From an uncultured Alphaproteobacteria bacterium (GTDB taxonomy: Bacteria > Pseudomonadota > Alphaproteobacteria > HIMB59 > GCA-002718135): a DNA stretch of 64,000 nucleotides. The notes beneath the pieces are model-generated. The model was not told the DNA's origin. It did not search any database and was given only the letters and a program-made list of their open reading frames with translations. A program made the position numbers and the translations under genes. This document shows, piece after piece, positions 27,247 through 36,674 of this stretch. The stretch is from positions 93,471 to 157,470 of the forward strand of contig CACNHX010000001.1 of the NCBI GenBank assembly GCA_902620425.1. The letters are read 5' to 3'. Within the stretch, counting starts at the first letter, position 1. Every line of letters starts with the position of its first letter.

Positions 27247-28398
27247 TTATAGTTTTTGTTTAGCAGTCCAAGTATTTTCCTTATTTATTGGAATGTGTTT
27301 ATTAAGAGTTAAAAGAACATTTTCAGCTAATTTTCTATACGTCGTTAATTTTCCTCCATAGATGTTTAATAATGGTGCCTGTGAACCATCCTCATTTAAG
27401 TCGAATATATAGTCTCTAGTAACTTTTGATGCTTCTTTGAAATCTTCAATAAGTGGTCTAATTCCAGAATAAGAATTTACAATATCATCTCTCGATACTT
27501 GTTTAATGAAATATTTATTTACTGAATTTAATAAATAATCAATTTCACTTTCATCAATTTTTGGATTTTCTGGTGAAACAACTTCTGTTTCGGTAGTGCC
27601 AATAAGAGAATATTCATCTTTATAAGGTATGACAAAAATTATTCTGTTATCTTCATTTTGTAAAGTGAAAGCTTTTTTCTGACTATATAGACTTTTAGTT
27701 ATTATGTGACTACCTTTTACAAGTCGAATTGATTTTTTTGAATTTAATTTAATGACATTGCTTAAGACTTCATTTATCCAAGGCCCGGCAGCATTTATAA
27801 GTATTTTAGATTGAAGTATAGTATTATCATCTAAAGTTATATCCCAAGTATTTTTATTTCGTTTTGCGTCTATTACTTTTCTATTTTGAATAATAATAGC
27901 ACCTTTTTTCTTTGCATCTTCAACATTTAACTGAACAAGTTTTTTATCATCAACTTGTAAATCATAATATTGGAAACCAATTTTAAATTGATCTTTTAAA
28001 ATATTTGGCATTTCCTTTTTAATATTTACAGTTGAAGATTTTGGTATAGTTATTTTACCACCAATATTATCGTATAAAAATAATCCTAATTTAATCAACC
28101 ATTTAGGTCTTAAAGATTTTTGATAAGGTATAATAAAAGGTAATGGTGTTGTTATATTACTGGCAATTTTTTTAATTACTTCTCTTTCCTTGAGAGATTC
28201 ACGCACAAGGCGAAATTCATAATTCTCAAGATATCTTAATCCACCATGTATTAATTTTGTAGACCAGGACGAGGTTGCTGAACCAACTTTGTTTTTTTCA
28301 ACTAAACAAACTTTTAAATTTCTGCCTGATGCATCTCTAACAATTCCAGCACCATTAATCCCTCCACCAATAACTAAAATATCAAAAGTTTCATTCAT
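27247..28398 (-). CDS. glpD: FAD-dependent glycerol-3-phosphate dehydrogenase (GlpD-like) lacking the C-terminal helical domain
   Basis: 383 aa. DILVIGGGINGAGI and KLIHGGLRYLENYEFRLV, colinear with my recollection of E. coli GlpD up to GGKLTTYRKLAE...WT and then a stop. E. coli GlpD is about 500 aa. Confidence 0.75.
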   Translation of the reverse strand: MNETFDILVIGGGINGAGIVRDASGRNLKVCLVEKNKVGSATSSWSTKLIHGGLRYLENYEFRLVRESLKEREVIKKIASNITTPLPFIIPYQKSLRPKWLIKLGLFLYDNIGGKITIPKSSTVNIKKEMPNILKDQFKIGFQYYDLQVDDKKLVQLNVEDAKKKGAIIIQNRKVIDAKRNKNTWDITLDDNTILQSKILINAAGPWINEVLSNVIKLNSKKSIRLVKGSHIITKSLYSQKKAFTLQNEDNRIIFVIPYKDEYSLIGTTETEVVSPENPKIDESEIDYLLNSVNKYFIKQVSRDDIVNSYSGIRPLIEDFKEASKVTRDYIFDLNEDGSQAPLLNIYGGKLTTYRKLAENVLLTLNKHIPINKENTWTAKQKL

Positions 28399-28405
28399 GC
28401 TTAAA

Positions 28406-28996
28406 TTAAATAAATCTATTAATTTCGTGGATTATTATTTCAGGGTCAGTTAAATGTATAGTTAAAAAACCAAGTTTCTTTGCGGCCTCAATATTCTCTT
28501 TTTTATCATCAATAAACACAGTTCCCTCTGGAATTAGATTAAAACGACTTTTAGCTAATTTATATATTTTAGCATTAGGTTTAACCAATTTTTCTTTTCC
28601 AGATATTATTAGGCCATCAAATTTATTTAAGAATGGATATTTTTTATCCATATCTTGAAATGTTTCCCAAGACCAGTTTGACAAAACATAACACTCATAT
28701 TTTTTATTTTTTAAATCATCTAAAACATCAACTGAATACTGAAAGATTTTTCTAAACATTTTATGATGATTTTTATAATATAATTTAATTTTATCTTCAT
28801 AATCAGGATAATTTTTTATTAGATCAGTTTCTGCATCTTTTATAAGTCTTCCAGCATCTTGCTGGATATTCCATTCATCATTGCAAATATTATTGAGAAA
28901 ATAGTCTCTTTCTTCTTTGTCTTCAATTACATCTTTATAAAAATAATGAGGGTCCCAATCAAAAAAAACGCCACCTAAATCAAAAAGAAATTTCAT
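28406..28996 (-). CDS. HAD-superfamily phosphatase (YihX-like, D-x-G variant of motif I)
   Basis: 196 aa. N-terminal FLFDLGGVFFDW and a late FIDD motif. Confidence 0.65.
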   Translation of the reverse strand: MKFLFDLGGVFFDWDPHYFYKDVIEDKEERDYFLNNICNDEWNIQQDAGRLIKDAETDLIKNYPDYEDKIKLYYKNHHKMFRKIFQYSVDVLDDLKNKKYECYVLSNWSWETFQDMDKKYPFLNKFDGLIISGKEKLVKPNAKIYKLAKSRFNLIPEGTVFIDDKKENIEAAKKLGFLTIHLTDPEIIIHEINRFI

Positions 28997-29028
28997 GTAT
29001 AAGTATTTTGTTTATAAATAAATATTAA

Positions 29029-29889
29029 ATGAGTGCATTAATAGACTATATTCAAATAGAAATACACAAAACATATAATAAAAAATATTCCAAAAAGTAC
29101 ATAGAAGATAAATTAATTCCAATCATAAATTATATTTGCTCTAGTAAATCAAATAAATTCCTATTTGGAGGCTCTCAGGGTATTGGAAAGTCATCATTTA
29201 TTAATATTATCTCTAAAACTATAGAAAAATTTTATAATAAGAAAATTCTTTTGCTTAGTTTAGATAATTATTATTTATCAAGAAAACAACGATTACAATT
29301 ATCAAAAAAAATACATCAATTGTTAAAAACTCGAGGTGTTCCTGGAACACATGATGTTGAAAAATTATTTAAAAATATAAAACAATTCAATAAAAGTAAA
29401 TACCCTATCACAACCCCTCTATTTGATAAGTTGATTGATGATACGACTAAATCAACTAAAATAACTAAAACTAAATGTGATATTCTTTTCTTAGAAGGTT
29501 GGTGTTGTGGAAGTTCAGAAATTCCAAAAAAAATTCTTCATAAAAATATAAATAATTTAGAAAAAATTAAAGATCCAAAATATCAATGGAGAAATTTCTA
29601 TAATAATAAATTAAAATTAGAATACAAAAAATTATTTAAATTATTTGATGAACTTATTTTTTTGAAAACATCCTCTTTTGATAATGTTTTCAAATGGCGA
29701 TTAAAGCAGGAAAAAACTAATCAATCAAAAAACAAAAAATCAAAAAGAATGAATTCAAATGAAATTAAATATTTTGTTCAACATTATGAGAAGATAACTA
29801 AATGGATGATGAAGGATCTAAATAAAAAAGCTCAGATTGTTATTAAATTTGAGAAAAATCATAAAATTTCTTCAATAAATTTTAACTAG
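29029..29889 (+). CDS. P-loop kinase of the D-glycerate 3-kinase (GLYK) type
   Basis: 286 aa. P-loop GGSQGIGKSS, plus LSLDNYYLS, RGVPGTHDV, ILFLEGWCCG and VFKWRLKQE, in the same order as the plant/fungal GLYK motifs I recall. Confidence 0.6.
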   Translation: MSALIDYIQIEIHKTYNKKYSKKYIEDKLIPIINYICSSKSNKFLFGGSQGIGKSSFINIISKTIEKFYNKKILLLSLDNYYLSRKQRLQLSKKIHQLLKTRGVPGTHDVEKLFKNIKQFNKSKYPITTPLFDKLIDDTTKSTKITKTKCDILFLEGWCCGSSEIPKKILHKNINNLEKIKDPKYQWRNFYNNKLKLEYKKLFKLFDELIFLKTSSFDNVFKWRLKQEKTNQSKNKKSKRMNSNEIKYFVQHYEKITKWMMKDLNKKAQIVIKFEKNHKISSINFN

Positions 29890-30344
29890 AAAAAAATCCA
29901 TCTTTTAACTGAATTACAATATCTTTCAAATTCATCACCAAATTTATCTTTTAAATATTTTTCCTCTTCATATATTACAAAATTATTTAACCAAAAAAAT
30001 AATCCTATAGAACAAATAAAATACATAATGTTTTCAAAAGTAAGAAACATACCAAAATGAAATAAAACAAAACATAGATAAATTGGATTTCTAGAGTAAG
30101 CATAAATTCCAGTTTTTATAATTCTATTTGTTTCAGTTTGAGGAGGTAATTTTTCTTCATGTGCATTAAATGCATTTCTTGAGGAAAAAAATACAATTGG
30201 CATTAAAATTATAATTAATAATCCTAAAAGATTAAGAATATATAGCAGTGGGTATTTAGGAAAAATAAATTCACCTAAAATATAGGAGGCTATTAAAAGA
30301 TAGACTGAAATATAAAGTGGATTTCCTTTTACATCTGGCCCCAT
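29886..30344 (-). CDS. Small membrane methyltransferase-family protein (ICMT/PEMT-like)
   Basis: 152 aa with 4 hydrophobic spans. YAYSRNPIYLCF motif. Confidence 0.55.
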   Translation of the reverse strand: MGPDVKGNPLYISVYLLIASYILGEFIFPKYPLLYILNLLGLLIIILMPIVFFSSRNAFNAHEEKLPPQTETNRIIKTGIYAYSRNPIYLCFVLFHFGMFLTFENIMYFICSIGLFFWLNNFVIYEEEKYLKDKFGDEFERYCNSVKRWIFF

Positions 30345-31004
30345 TTAAAGCTCCTCTATTGCCTTACCTAAACTTTCATAATCACTAAATACATTCAAAG
30401 CTCCATTGTCAAATAATTCATTTGCATCTCTATCTGAATGCCAATGTTTTCCTGCAGTAAGACCAAATACCCTTACTCCTGCTGCAGTAGCTGCTTTAAC
30501 ACCTACTCCACTATCTTCGATAATGACTGACTCTTCTCTATTAAGTGAATTATCATTTAAAACTTTTAAGTATATATCTGGATCAGGTTTTGGTCTTTTA
30601 ACCATATCGAATGAGTAAACCTGATCTCTTAAAAAAAATTTATCTAACCCAACAAGCTTCAATCCATCAAGAATTCTATCCTTATTACTGTTGGATCCAA
30701 TAAAGTGATTTCTATCTGATTTACTAATATAATTTTTTGCTCCATCAACTAGTTTTAAATCCTTGGAATAAACTTCTGAAACAATATCAAATATTTCATT
30801 TGTAAATTTTTCTTTATTTTCAATTTTATATTTAGAAGATAATAAATCTATTACTTCAACAGTTTTTTTTCCAGCATATTTATAAAATTGCTCCTCTTTT
30901 ATAGTTTTATCAAATTTACTAAAATATTTAGAGAATGCTTTAGAGGCTAGCACTTCACTATCAACAACTACTCCATCAAAATCAAAAATTATATTTTTAA
31001 TCAT
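30345..31004 (-). CDS. HAD-superfamily hydrolase (beta-phosphoglucomutase/phosphatase-like)
   Basis: 219 aa. Motif I IIFDFDGVVVDSE and late motif IIEDSGVGVKAA. Confidence 0.8.
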   Translation of the reverse strand: MIKNIIFDFDGVVVDSEVLASKAFSKYFSKFDKTIKEEQFYKYAGKKTVEVIDLLSSKYKIENKEKFTNEIFDIVSEVYSKDLKLVDGAKNYISKSDRNHFIGSNSNKDRILDGLKLVGLDKFFLRDQVYSFDMVKRPKPDPDIYLKVLNDNSLNREESVIIEDSGVGVKAATAAGVRVFGLTAGKHWHSDRDANELFDNGALNVFSDYESLGKAIEEL

Positions 31005-31008
31005 TATT

Positions 31009-32109
31009 TTAAATTTCTGTCTTTCTATATTCTGATTTCTCTAACCAATGAGGATTAATCTCGATACCCCAACCAGGAGTATCTTCAATTTTAACCATTC
31101 CATTAGATATTTTAAAAGGATCACCTAAAAATAAATTCTGTTGCCATGGATAATAATCTTTACCTTCAATTGAAAATTCAAGATAGGGACCTGAATTATT
31201 TATTGCTTTTAAAAAATGCATTGTACAAATTGTTACTAAAGATAAATTAGCTGTATGTGGAGTACATATAAAACCACCTTTTTCAATAATTTTCGCAACC
31301 TTCAAAGCTTTTGTTAATCCTCCCATGTACATAACATCTGGCTGAAAAATATTTACAATTTTTCTGTTAACCATATCTCTCCAAATTCTCAGATCACAAT
31401 CTTGTTCTCCCCCAGTAACATCTATCTTCAAACTATCAGTAACTTTCTTAGTTTCTTCTGGTTTCCAGTAAGGACAAGGTTCTTCAAAATGAGTAACATC
31501 ATTATCTTCTAAAAGTTTCCCAATTTCTATTGCCTGAAAAGAGTTATAACAACTGTTTGCGTCGACCATCTTAATTACACTTTTATCTAGAGTCGAATTT
31601 ATTGTTTTTACTATACTAGGCGTTCTTCCTTCCCATTCATCAACTCCCCTTCCACATTCAGAGCCAACTCTAAATTTGAATGCATCAACACCCTTTTCAT
31701 CAAAGAGTTTTTTAAATCTATTTGCTTCATCATCTGGTGAAATATCTCTTTTCATCGATGATCCATAAATTCTTAAATTTCCTGGGGATCCTCCTATCAA
31801 TGAAACTACCGGCTTACTTTCAATTTTACCTTTCAAATCCCATAATGCCGTATCTAAACCAGCAATTGCACGTAAAAGATATGACCCTGGAAATTTATGT
31901 TCTCTTTCAAAGATAAAATCTTCTAAATCATCGAAATCAAAATACTCTTTTCCTAAAACCCAGGGCGCTACTTGTTTATGAAAAATTTGTGCTGTAATAT
32001 CTGCATGATATGTTGACATTTGCCCATAACCAATTGAACCATCCTCAACTGTTATTTTTACAAAACTTACATAAGGTTTTGTGAATGTTTCAAGTTTAAC
32101 TATTTTCAT
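31009..32109 (-). CDS. Enolase-superfamily enzyme (mandelate racemase/muconate-lactonising family, sugar-acid dehydratase-like)
   Basis: 366 aa. Metal-ligand motifs in canonical order: KMVDANSCY, HFEEPC, VTGGEQD. Confidence 0.75.
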   Translation of the reverse strand: MKIVKLETFTKPYVSFVKITVEDGSIGYGQMSTYHADITAQIFHKQVAPWVLGKEYFDFDDLEDFIFEREHKFPGSYLLRAIAGLDTALWDLKGKIESKPVVSLIGGSPGNLRIYGSSMKRDISPDDEANRFKKLFDEKGVDAFKFRVGSECGRGVDEWEGRTPSIVKTINSTLDKSVIKMVDANSCYNSFQAIEIGKLLEDNDVTHFEEPCPYWKPEETKKVTDSLKIDVTGGEQDCDLRIWRDMVNRKIVNIFQPDVMYMGGLTKALKVAKIIEKGGFICTPHTANLSLVTICTMHFLKAINNSGPYLEFSIEGKDYYPWQQNLFLGDPFKISNGMVKIEDTPGWGIEINPHWLEKSEYRKTEI

Positions 32110-32112
32110 AAA

Positions 32113-33726
32113 TTAAATCTTATTTAAATCCTCAATAATAAATTTACTTCCAAGATTAGCAAGCATCATTACAGGGGCATTTATATTGCCAGAAGTAATA
32201 TTTGGAAAAACAGATGCATCAGCAATCCAAAGATTCTCCATTCCATGAACTTTTAATCTTTCAGAAACAACTCCTTTTTTAGGATCTTCATCCATTTTAC
32301 AAGTACCACAAGGGTGATATATAGAAACTGCATTAGATTTAAAGTGATCAATCATTTCTTCTTCAGTAGCATTTAAAAGATCATGCGTAACACTTTCATT
32401 TCTTATTTTTTTTATACTATTTGTATTCGCCAAAACTTGAGAAAAATTAATTGCGCATTTCACATCATATATATCTTCTTCATGTGATAGAAAATTTGGA
32501 TCAATCAATGGAGCATCTTCAAAATTAGGAGAGTTCAATGCAACTCTACCCAAACTTTTTGGTCGACAAGAATTATAACCAATAATAAAACCATTAAATT
32601 TGTCAGTTTTTAGAAGAGGTCTTTTATTTTTATGAGTGATAGAATAAGTCAACGGATTGAAATATATCTGCAAGTTGGGATAATGATGTTTTGAATTCCA
32701 ATTTACATATCCCCCAGACTGATTAATACTTAGTGATAATGGTCCTTTCCTATTATAAATATATTTTAATACAGAAGTAATTCTGCCTGGCCAAGTTCCT
32801 AACGATTTATTTAGTGAATGATGATGAGTTTTAAATAAATAATCTAACCCAAGATGATCCTGAAGATTTCTTCCAACATTAGAATTATCAATTATTATTT
32901 CTTTATCAAATTTTTTTAAATGTTCTTTATCTCCAATACCAGAATGCATTAACAAATAAGGTGTCATTATAGAACCAGAACATAAAATTGCTCCATGAGA
33001 TAATTGTATGATTTGTTCTATTGATTTATTTTGAATTTTAATACCAGTAATTTTTTTATCTTTAATTATTAAATTTTTAACTTGAGTATTGTCTAATATT
33101 GTAAGTCTTGGATTTTTTAATACAGGCTTTAAAAATACTTTTGATGATGAATGCCTAGTACCATTGTAAGTATTAATATTATAATGACCTACTTGATTTT
33201 CGACTGATGTAGTTAAATTTGTATTTTTTTTAATACCAATTTCATTACTAGCATTAAAAAAATATTCTAAAATTGGATGATGATGCTTACTTACATTATT
33301 TACTGGAATCTTTTCTTTTGTTAGAAATTCTTTATCATGATTTATTTGTTGCTCCATAGAACTGTATACTTTTTTTATATTTTCAAAACTCCATTCCTTA
33401 TTGCTACCCCAATTTTCATAATCTGTTTCTAATCCTCTTGCATAGACCATTGCATTTATTGAGCCAGAGCCACCTAAAACTTTACCTCTCGGATAATATA
33501 TTTGCCTATTGAATAAATTATCTTGTTTTTCTGAATAGAAGTTCCAATTAATTTTTTTATTATAAAATGTCATTCCATAACCAAGAGGAACGTCAATAAT
33601 AGGATTGTTATCTTTAGGCCCAGCCTCAATAAGGGCTATATTAAAATTAGTTTTAGTCAGAAGTTTATTTGCTATTATACTTCCTGCAGAACCTGCTCCA
33701 ATAATTGCTATATCAATATTATTCAA
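32113..33726 (-). CDS. GMC-family FAD oxidoreductase (choline/sugar dehydrogenase-like)
   Basis: 537 aa. IAIIGAGSAGSIIANKL, GGSGSINAMVYARG and C-terminal IYHPCGTCKM. TTG start 1 nt after the upstream stop. Confidence 0.85.
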   Translation of the reverse strand: MNNIDIAIIGAGSAGSIIANKLLTKTNFNIALIEAGPKDNNPIIDVPLGYGMTFYNKKINWNFYSEKQDNLFNRQIYYPRGKVLGGSGSINAMVYARGLETDYENWGSNKEWSFENIKKVYSSMEQQINHDKEFLTKEKIPVNNVSKHHHPILEYFFNASNEIGIKKNTNLTTSVENQVGHYNINTYNGTRHSSSKVFLKPVLKNPRLTILDNTQVKNLIIKDKKITGIKIQNKSIEQIIQLSHGAILCSGSIMTPYLLMHSGIGDKEHLKKFDKEIIIDNSNVGRNLQDHLGLDYLFKTHHHSLNKSLGTWPGRITSVLKYIYNRKGPLSLSINQSGGYVNWNSKHHYPNLQIYFNPLTYSITHKNKRPLLKTDKFNGFIIGYNSCRPKSLGRVALNSPNFEDAPLIDPNFLSHEEDIYDVKCAINFSQVLANTNSIKKIRNESVTHDLLNATEEEMIDHFKSNAVSIYHPCGTCKMDEDPKKGVVSERLKVHGMENLWIADASVFPNITSGNINAPVMMLANLGSKFIIEDLNKI

Positions 33727-33727
33727 A

Positions 33728-34750
33728 TTAGAATGTTTGTGTTACTTTAGTTAAATATCTAGGATTGTCTGGATCTAATCCCTTTTCAAAAGAGTAATTA
33801 ACTATCCATGGATAAAATTTTGATAGAACTATAATTGGATCTAACTCTATCATATCATTAGGGCTATATCTAAGTTTAGTGTTAGAGTTTATATCATAGG
33901 TTATTTCATAGTGAAGATTAGTTAATGAAATAATTTGACTAGCATCTTTTGTTACTATCTTCCCACTTTTGTCTCTAAGTGAGATTGTAAATAATTTGAA
34001 TGAGTTTTGTATCAAGCTTTTTGGCCCATGCATTACTTCAGCACTACTGAAAGGTTCTATCATTTCTTGACATAACTCTTTAAACTTTAAAGATATTTCA
34101 TTAGAAATTGCATATCCAACACCTCTACTAATTATGTATCCATTACTTATGGTTTTATCTAATATATTTGGATTCCATTGATTTTGATTATCTAAAATTA
34201 AATGATCACTTAACTTTTCAATTTGTTTATTAATATCTTTTTTATTAAGAGTATTAAAAACAAGCTTTAAAATTATCAATAAAGACAAAACAAATGTTTT
34301 TGTCGCAGCAACACTTTTTTCTTCTCCAGCATTTATATCAAAAAAATAATTGGATGTGTTTGCAATTGGGCTATTTAAGTTATTACTTATTAAAATAGTC
34401 TTTGCTCTCATTTTTTGTACCATTTTATGACATTCAACCAAATCTTCACTTTTTCCTGATTGAGAAATAATGAAAACTAATGCTCTCGAAAAATTAAATT
34501 TTGATTCTTCTAAAGTTATTATAGATGGAGGCATGCTGTATGTTGGTAGACCAAGATATTTTGCAAACATATAAGATAAATACAAAGCAGCACAATCTGA
34601 AGTACCTCTTGCTACAGTAACAACATAATCAATTTTTTTTTCTGATATTAAACTTGATATTTCCTGGTAATTATTTTTATCATTTAAGATAAAATGATTA
34701 ATTTTATTTGGAATTGAGAGTGCTTCCGATAAAACTTTAGAACTAGACAT
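33728..34750 (-). CDS. Double-SIS-domain sugar-phosphate deaminase/isomerase (NagB-II / AgaS-like)
   Basis: 340 aa with two SIS-like halves (VARGTSDCAA..., IISQSGKSEDL). It overlaps nagA by 8 nt. Confidence 0.7.
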   Translation of the reverse strand: MSSSKVLSEALSIPNKINHFILNDKNNYQEISSLISEKKIDYVVTVARGTSDCAALYLSYMFAKYLGLPTYSMPPSIITLEESKFNFSRALVFIISQSGKSEDLVECHKMVQKMRAKTILISNNLNSPIANTSNYFFDINAGEEKSVAATKTFVLSLLIILKLVFNTLNKKDINKQIEKLSDHLILDNQNQWNPNILDKTISNGYIISRGVGYAISNEISLKFKELCQEMIEPFSSAEVMHGPKSLIQNSFKLFTISLRDKSGKIVTKDASQIISLTNLHYEITYDINSNTKLRYSPNDMIELDPIIVLSKFYPWIVNYSFEKGLDPDNPRYLTKVTQTF

Positions 34751-35837
34751 TAATTTTCTTTCCTCTTAAATAAACTTCTTTAAGATTAAATTCTTTATCT
34801 AAAATAAGAAAATTACTTAAAAAATTTTTTTGAATTACACCGACATTGTCTAGATTCATATATTTAGAAGCATTATAACTAGTTAAAGCGACTGCTTCTT
34901 CTAATGAAAAATTCATTGATATTAAATTTTTAAAAGTTTGATCCATAGTAACAATACTTCCTGCTAAAGTACCTTCAGACTTAATTTTTACTGAATGATT
35001 TTCTTTTTTTATATTATTTTTTGCAAAAATATATTCTCCATCATTCATTCCGCTAGCGTTAATAGAATCTGTTATCGCATAAAGACCAGGAATACATTTT
35101 TTTGCAATTTTTATTGCTTCTTTACTAACATGAATATTATCGCAAATTATTTCAGCATATTTTCCTTTTGAAAGAGCAGCTGATAAAACTCCTGGGGATC
35201 TATGATCATTACCAGACATAGCATTATACAAATGTGTAAAACCAATTTCATGATCTGTCATAATTTTTTCACAGCAATCAAAGTCTGCCAAAGTGTGGCC
35301 AAATTGAATCTTAATATTTAGCTCCACTAAATCATTTATAAATTCTTGCATTCCATCAATTTCTGGGGCTAAGGTAATGATTTTTACATCGGCAATTTCA
35401 AGAATTTTTTTTATAAACTCTAAAGATGGTTTCTCAGTTAAATTTGGTTGAGCGCCAAGTTTATTAGGATTAATAAAAGGTCCTTCTAAATGAACTCCAA
35501 GGATATTATTACCATTATCTTTCTTTATTTCATTAAATCCTTTTAACGCTGAAATAGTATTTTCTAAGGTATTGGTCCAAGTAGTTGGCATTATTGAAGT
35601 GGTACCATGTCGTAAATGATACTTAGACATTTCAATAATTGATTGTGAGCCCTCCATTACATCAAAACCATTACCACCATGACAATGGAGATCAATAAAA
35701 CCAGGAATTATAATATTATTATAATTATCAGAGTCCTTAATTTTTAAGTCACTAATTTTTTCACTAAAATATACATCACCAATATAGGAAGAATTATAAT
35801 TAATAATTTTTCCACTAACTTTATTTTGATCAGTCAT
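34743..35837 (-). CDS. nagA: N-acetylglucosamine-6-phosphate deacetylase
   Basis: 364 aa. PGFIDLHCHGGNGFD and HLEGPFINP. Confidence 0.85.
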   Translation of the reverse strand: MTDQNKVSGKIINYNSSYIGDVYFSEKISDLKIKDSDNYNNIIIPGFIDLHCHGGNGFDVMEGSQSIIEMSKYHLRHGTTSIMPTTWTNTLENTISALKGFNEIKKDNGNNILGVHLEGPFINPNKLGAQPNLTEKPSLEFIKKILEIADVKIITLAPEIDGMQEFINDLVELNIKIQFGHTLADFDCCEKIMTDHEIGFTHLYNAMSGNDHRSPGVLSAALSKGKYAEIICDNIHVSKEAIKIAKKCIPGLYAITDSINASGMNDGEYIFAKNNIKKENHSVKIKSEGTLAGSIVTMDQTFKNLISMNFSLEEAVALTSYNASKYMNLDNVGVIQKNFLSNFLILDKEFNLKEVYLRGKKINV

Positions 35838-35892
35838 CTAAACTTATTATCTTATATAGTAATTTGTTGATTTTTAAAAAAATTAAAAAAAC

Positions 35893-36621
35893 TTATAAAT
35901 GAGGATTAATCTTACTAAATTTTTTCTCTAATTTGTCATTATTTCTTTTAGCATTTGGCATATTTACACTGATATAGAATGGAAACAATTTTTCATTTTT
36001 TAAGATATTTGCAACTTCAATTAAAATTGAATTTAAAATAAAAGATCCTGTAATTGTTGAAGCTGGTCCAACCATGTTATCTTTAATATTTATAATTGCA
36101 TCACCAGGTGGAATCTTATTATCGATGAATATATCCGTTATTTCAAATAATCTTTTATTCAATTTAGATAGAGGAGCTTGTTTTGAGTATTTTACAGATG
36201 TTAGTGAAATAGTTTTTATTTTCTTTTTCTTAGCAATCAAAGCTGCTTCAACTGGAGCGTGATTGACACCTGAATTAGATACAATCATCAATATATCTTT
36301 GCTAGTAATTTTATATTTAGCTAGAGCTTTTTTTGCAATATTTGGAGTTCTTTCTAAAGCAGTGGCCTTTCTTGCTCCTTTTTTAAAACTGAGATCATCA
36401 TCTCTTATTGGACATGCGGCAGCAAAACCACCTGCTCTATGAAATGATTCTTCTCCGAGTAATCTAGAGTGTCCAGTTCCAAAAATATATAACTGCCCAC
36501 CTTTTTTATATGATTTACTAATTAACTTAGCACACTGTAAGAATTTTTTTTCTTCTTCTTTTAATATCTTCTTTAAAATTGAATTAATTTTTGATGAATA
36601 GGATCTCGTTAATTTACTCAT
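35893..36621 (-). CDS. Single-SIS-domain protein (UPF0309-like), no HTH
   Basis: LYIFGTGHSRLLGEE and MIVSNSGVNHAPVE. The ORF track starts at a TTG (36636). I prefer the ATG at 36621 (MSKLTRSY...). Confidence 0.6.
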   Translation of the reverse strand: MSKLTRSYSSKINSILKKILKEEEKKFLQCAKLISKSYKKGGQLYIFGTGHSRLLGEESFHRAGGFAAACPIRDDDLSFKKGARKATALERTPNIAKKALAKYKITSKDILMIVSNSGVNHAPVEAALIAKKKKIKTISLTSVKYSKQAPLSKLNKRLFEITDIFIDNKIPPGDAIINIKDNMVGPASTITGSFILNSILIEVANILKNEKLFPFYISVNMPNAKRNNDKLEKKFSKINPHL

Positions 36622-36639
36622 TTGAATTTTATACAAGAT

Positions 36640-36662
36640 GCTAGGGCAAATATTGCCCTAGC
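36640..36662 (-). promoter_or_regulatory. Intercistronic GC-rich stem-loop just downstream of the SBP gene
   Basis: gctagggcaa (36640-36649) paired with ttgccctagc (36653-36662), a near-perfect palindrome with no clear U-tail. It sits between the SBP stop (36675) and the next start. Confidence 0.6.
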
Positions 36663-36674
36663 AAAATAATATAA

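Noticed and set aside
27144-27263. A 39-codon plus-strand ORF (MMGRGFILFPPIRSIPLIKLFCPPNLKSYLRGIPIIVFV) in the glpD/malK spacer, running into the glpD 3' end.
   Set aside because: It has no SD, lies downstream of a good terminator on its own strand, and overlaps a convergent gene. There is nothing to distinguish it from chance. It is mentioned only because the spacer is otherwise unusual.
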